Positions 8,961 through 9,108 of a DNA stretch of 9,108 nucleotides are shown one piece after another. The stretch lies in the NCBI GenBank assembly GCA_051294375.1, contig JBJCIZ010000693.1, forward strand, positions 1 to 9,108, written 5' to 3'. The notes beneath the pieces were generated by a model. That model was not told the DNA's origin. It was given only the letters and a program-made list of their open reading frames with translations, and did no database searches. Position numbers and translations under genes: made by a program. Within the stretch, counting starts at the first letter, position 1. Each line of letters begins with the position of its first letter. The stretch is from Paraspadella gotoi. Its lineage: Eukaryota > Animalia > Chaetognatha.

Positions 8961-9108
8961 CGGAAGTGGAGGCGGCCAAGGCCCCGGTGCATCCGCTCTA
9001 ACATTCTTCAATTATCGGACGGCGATTTTTCTGAGTTAGTCAAATGGACCAGAAGCTCTTTATGTTCTTTTCGTTCGGGAGGCCAGGTGCTTTGAAACGC
9101 TTAGGACG

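Larger units (their letters stand above)
8187..9108 (+). repeat. Apparently cleanest (partial) copy of the unit; runs off the window
   Basis: Shares the colinear anchors listed for 6310-8161 but lacks the scattered extra bases. Confidence 0.85.

Noticed and set aside
8437-9039. Long ORFs of 112-200 aa
   Set aside because: They read through the 246-N gap and (TC)n; no recognisable protein.

Overview
Non-coding, eukaryotic-looking, low-quality draft assembly sequence with three N-gaps (305, 25 and 246 N), (CT)n/(GA)n microsatellites and G-runs. I find no credible protein-coding gene, RNA gene, CRISPR array or recognisable mobile element. The listed ORFs are mostly translations of simple repeats or N-gaps, and the rest are short with no recognisable motif. 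By-eye alignment suggests that most of the window is several copies of one ~1.9 kb unit. There is a comparatively clean partial copy (8187-9108), an insertion-riddled direct copy just upstream (~6310-8161), and more degraded direct copies (~1770-3690, ~3690-3972, ~4870-6310). An inverted copy (~300-1750) folds back on its neighbour at ~1759. The indel-dominated divergence, the fold-back and the 25-N gap fit unpolished long-read gap filling best. A real ~1.9 kb tandem array or an amplified small circle cannot be excluded. All alignments were done by eye, and the boundaries of the degraded copies are approximate.
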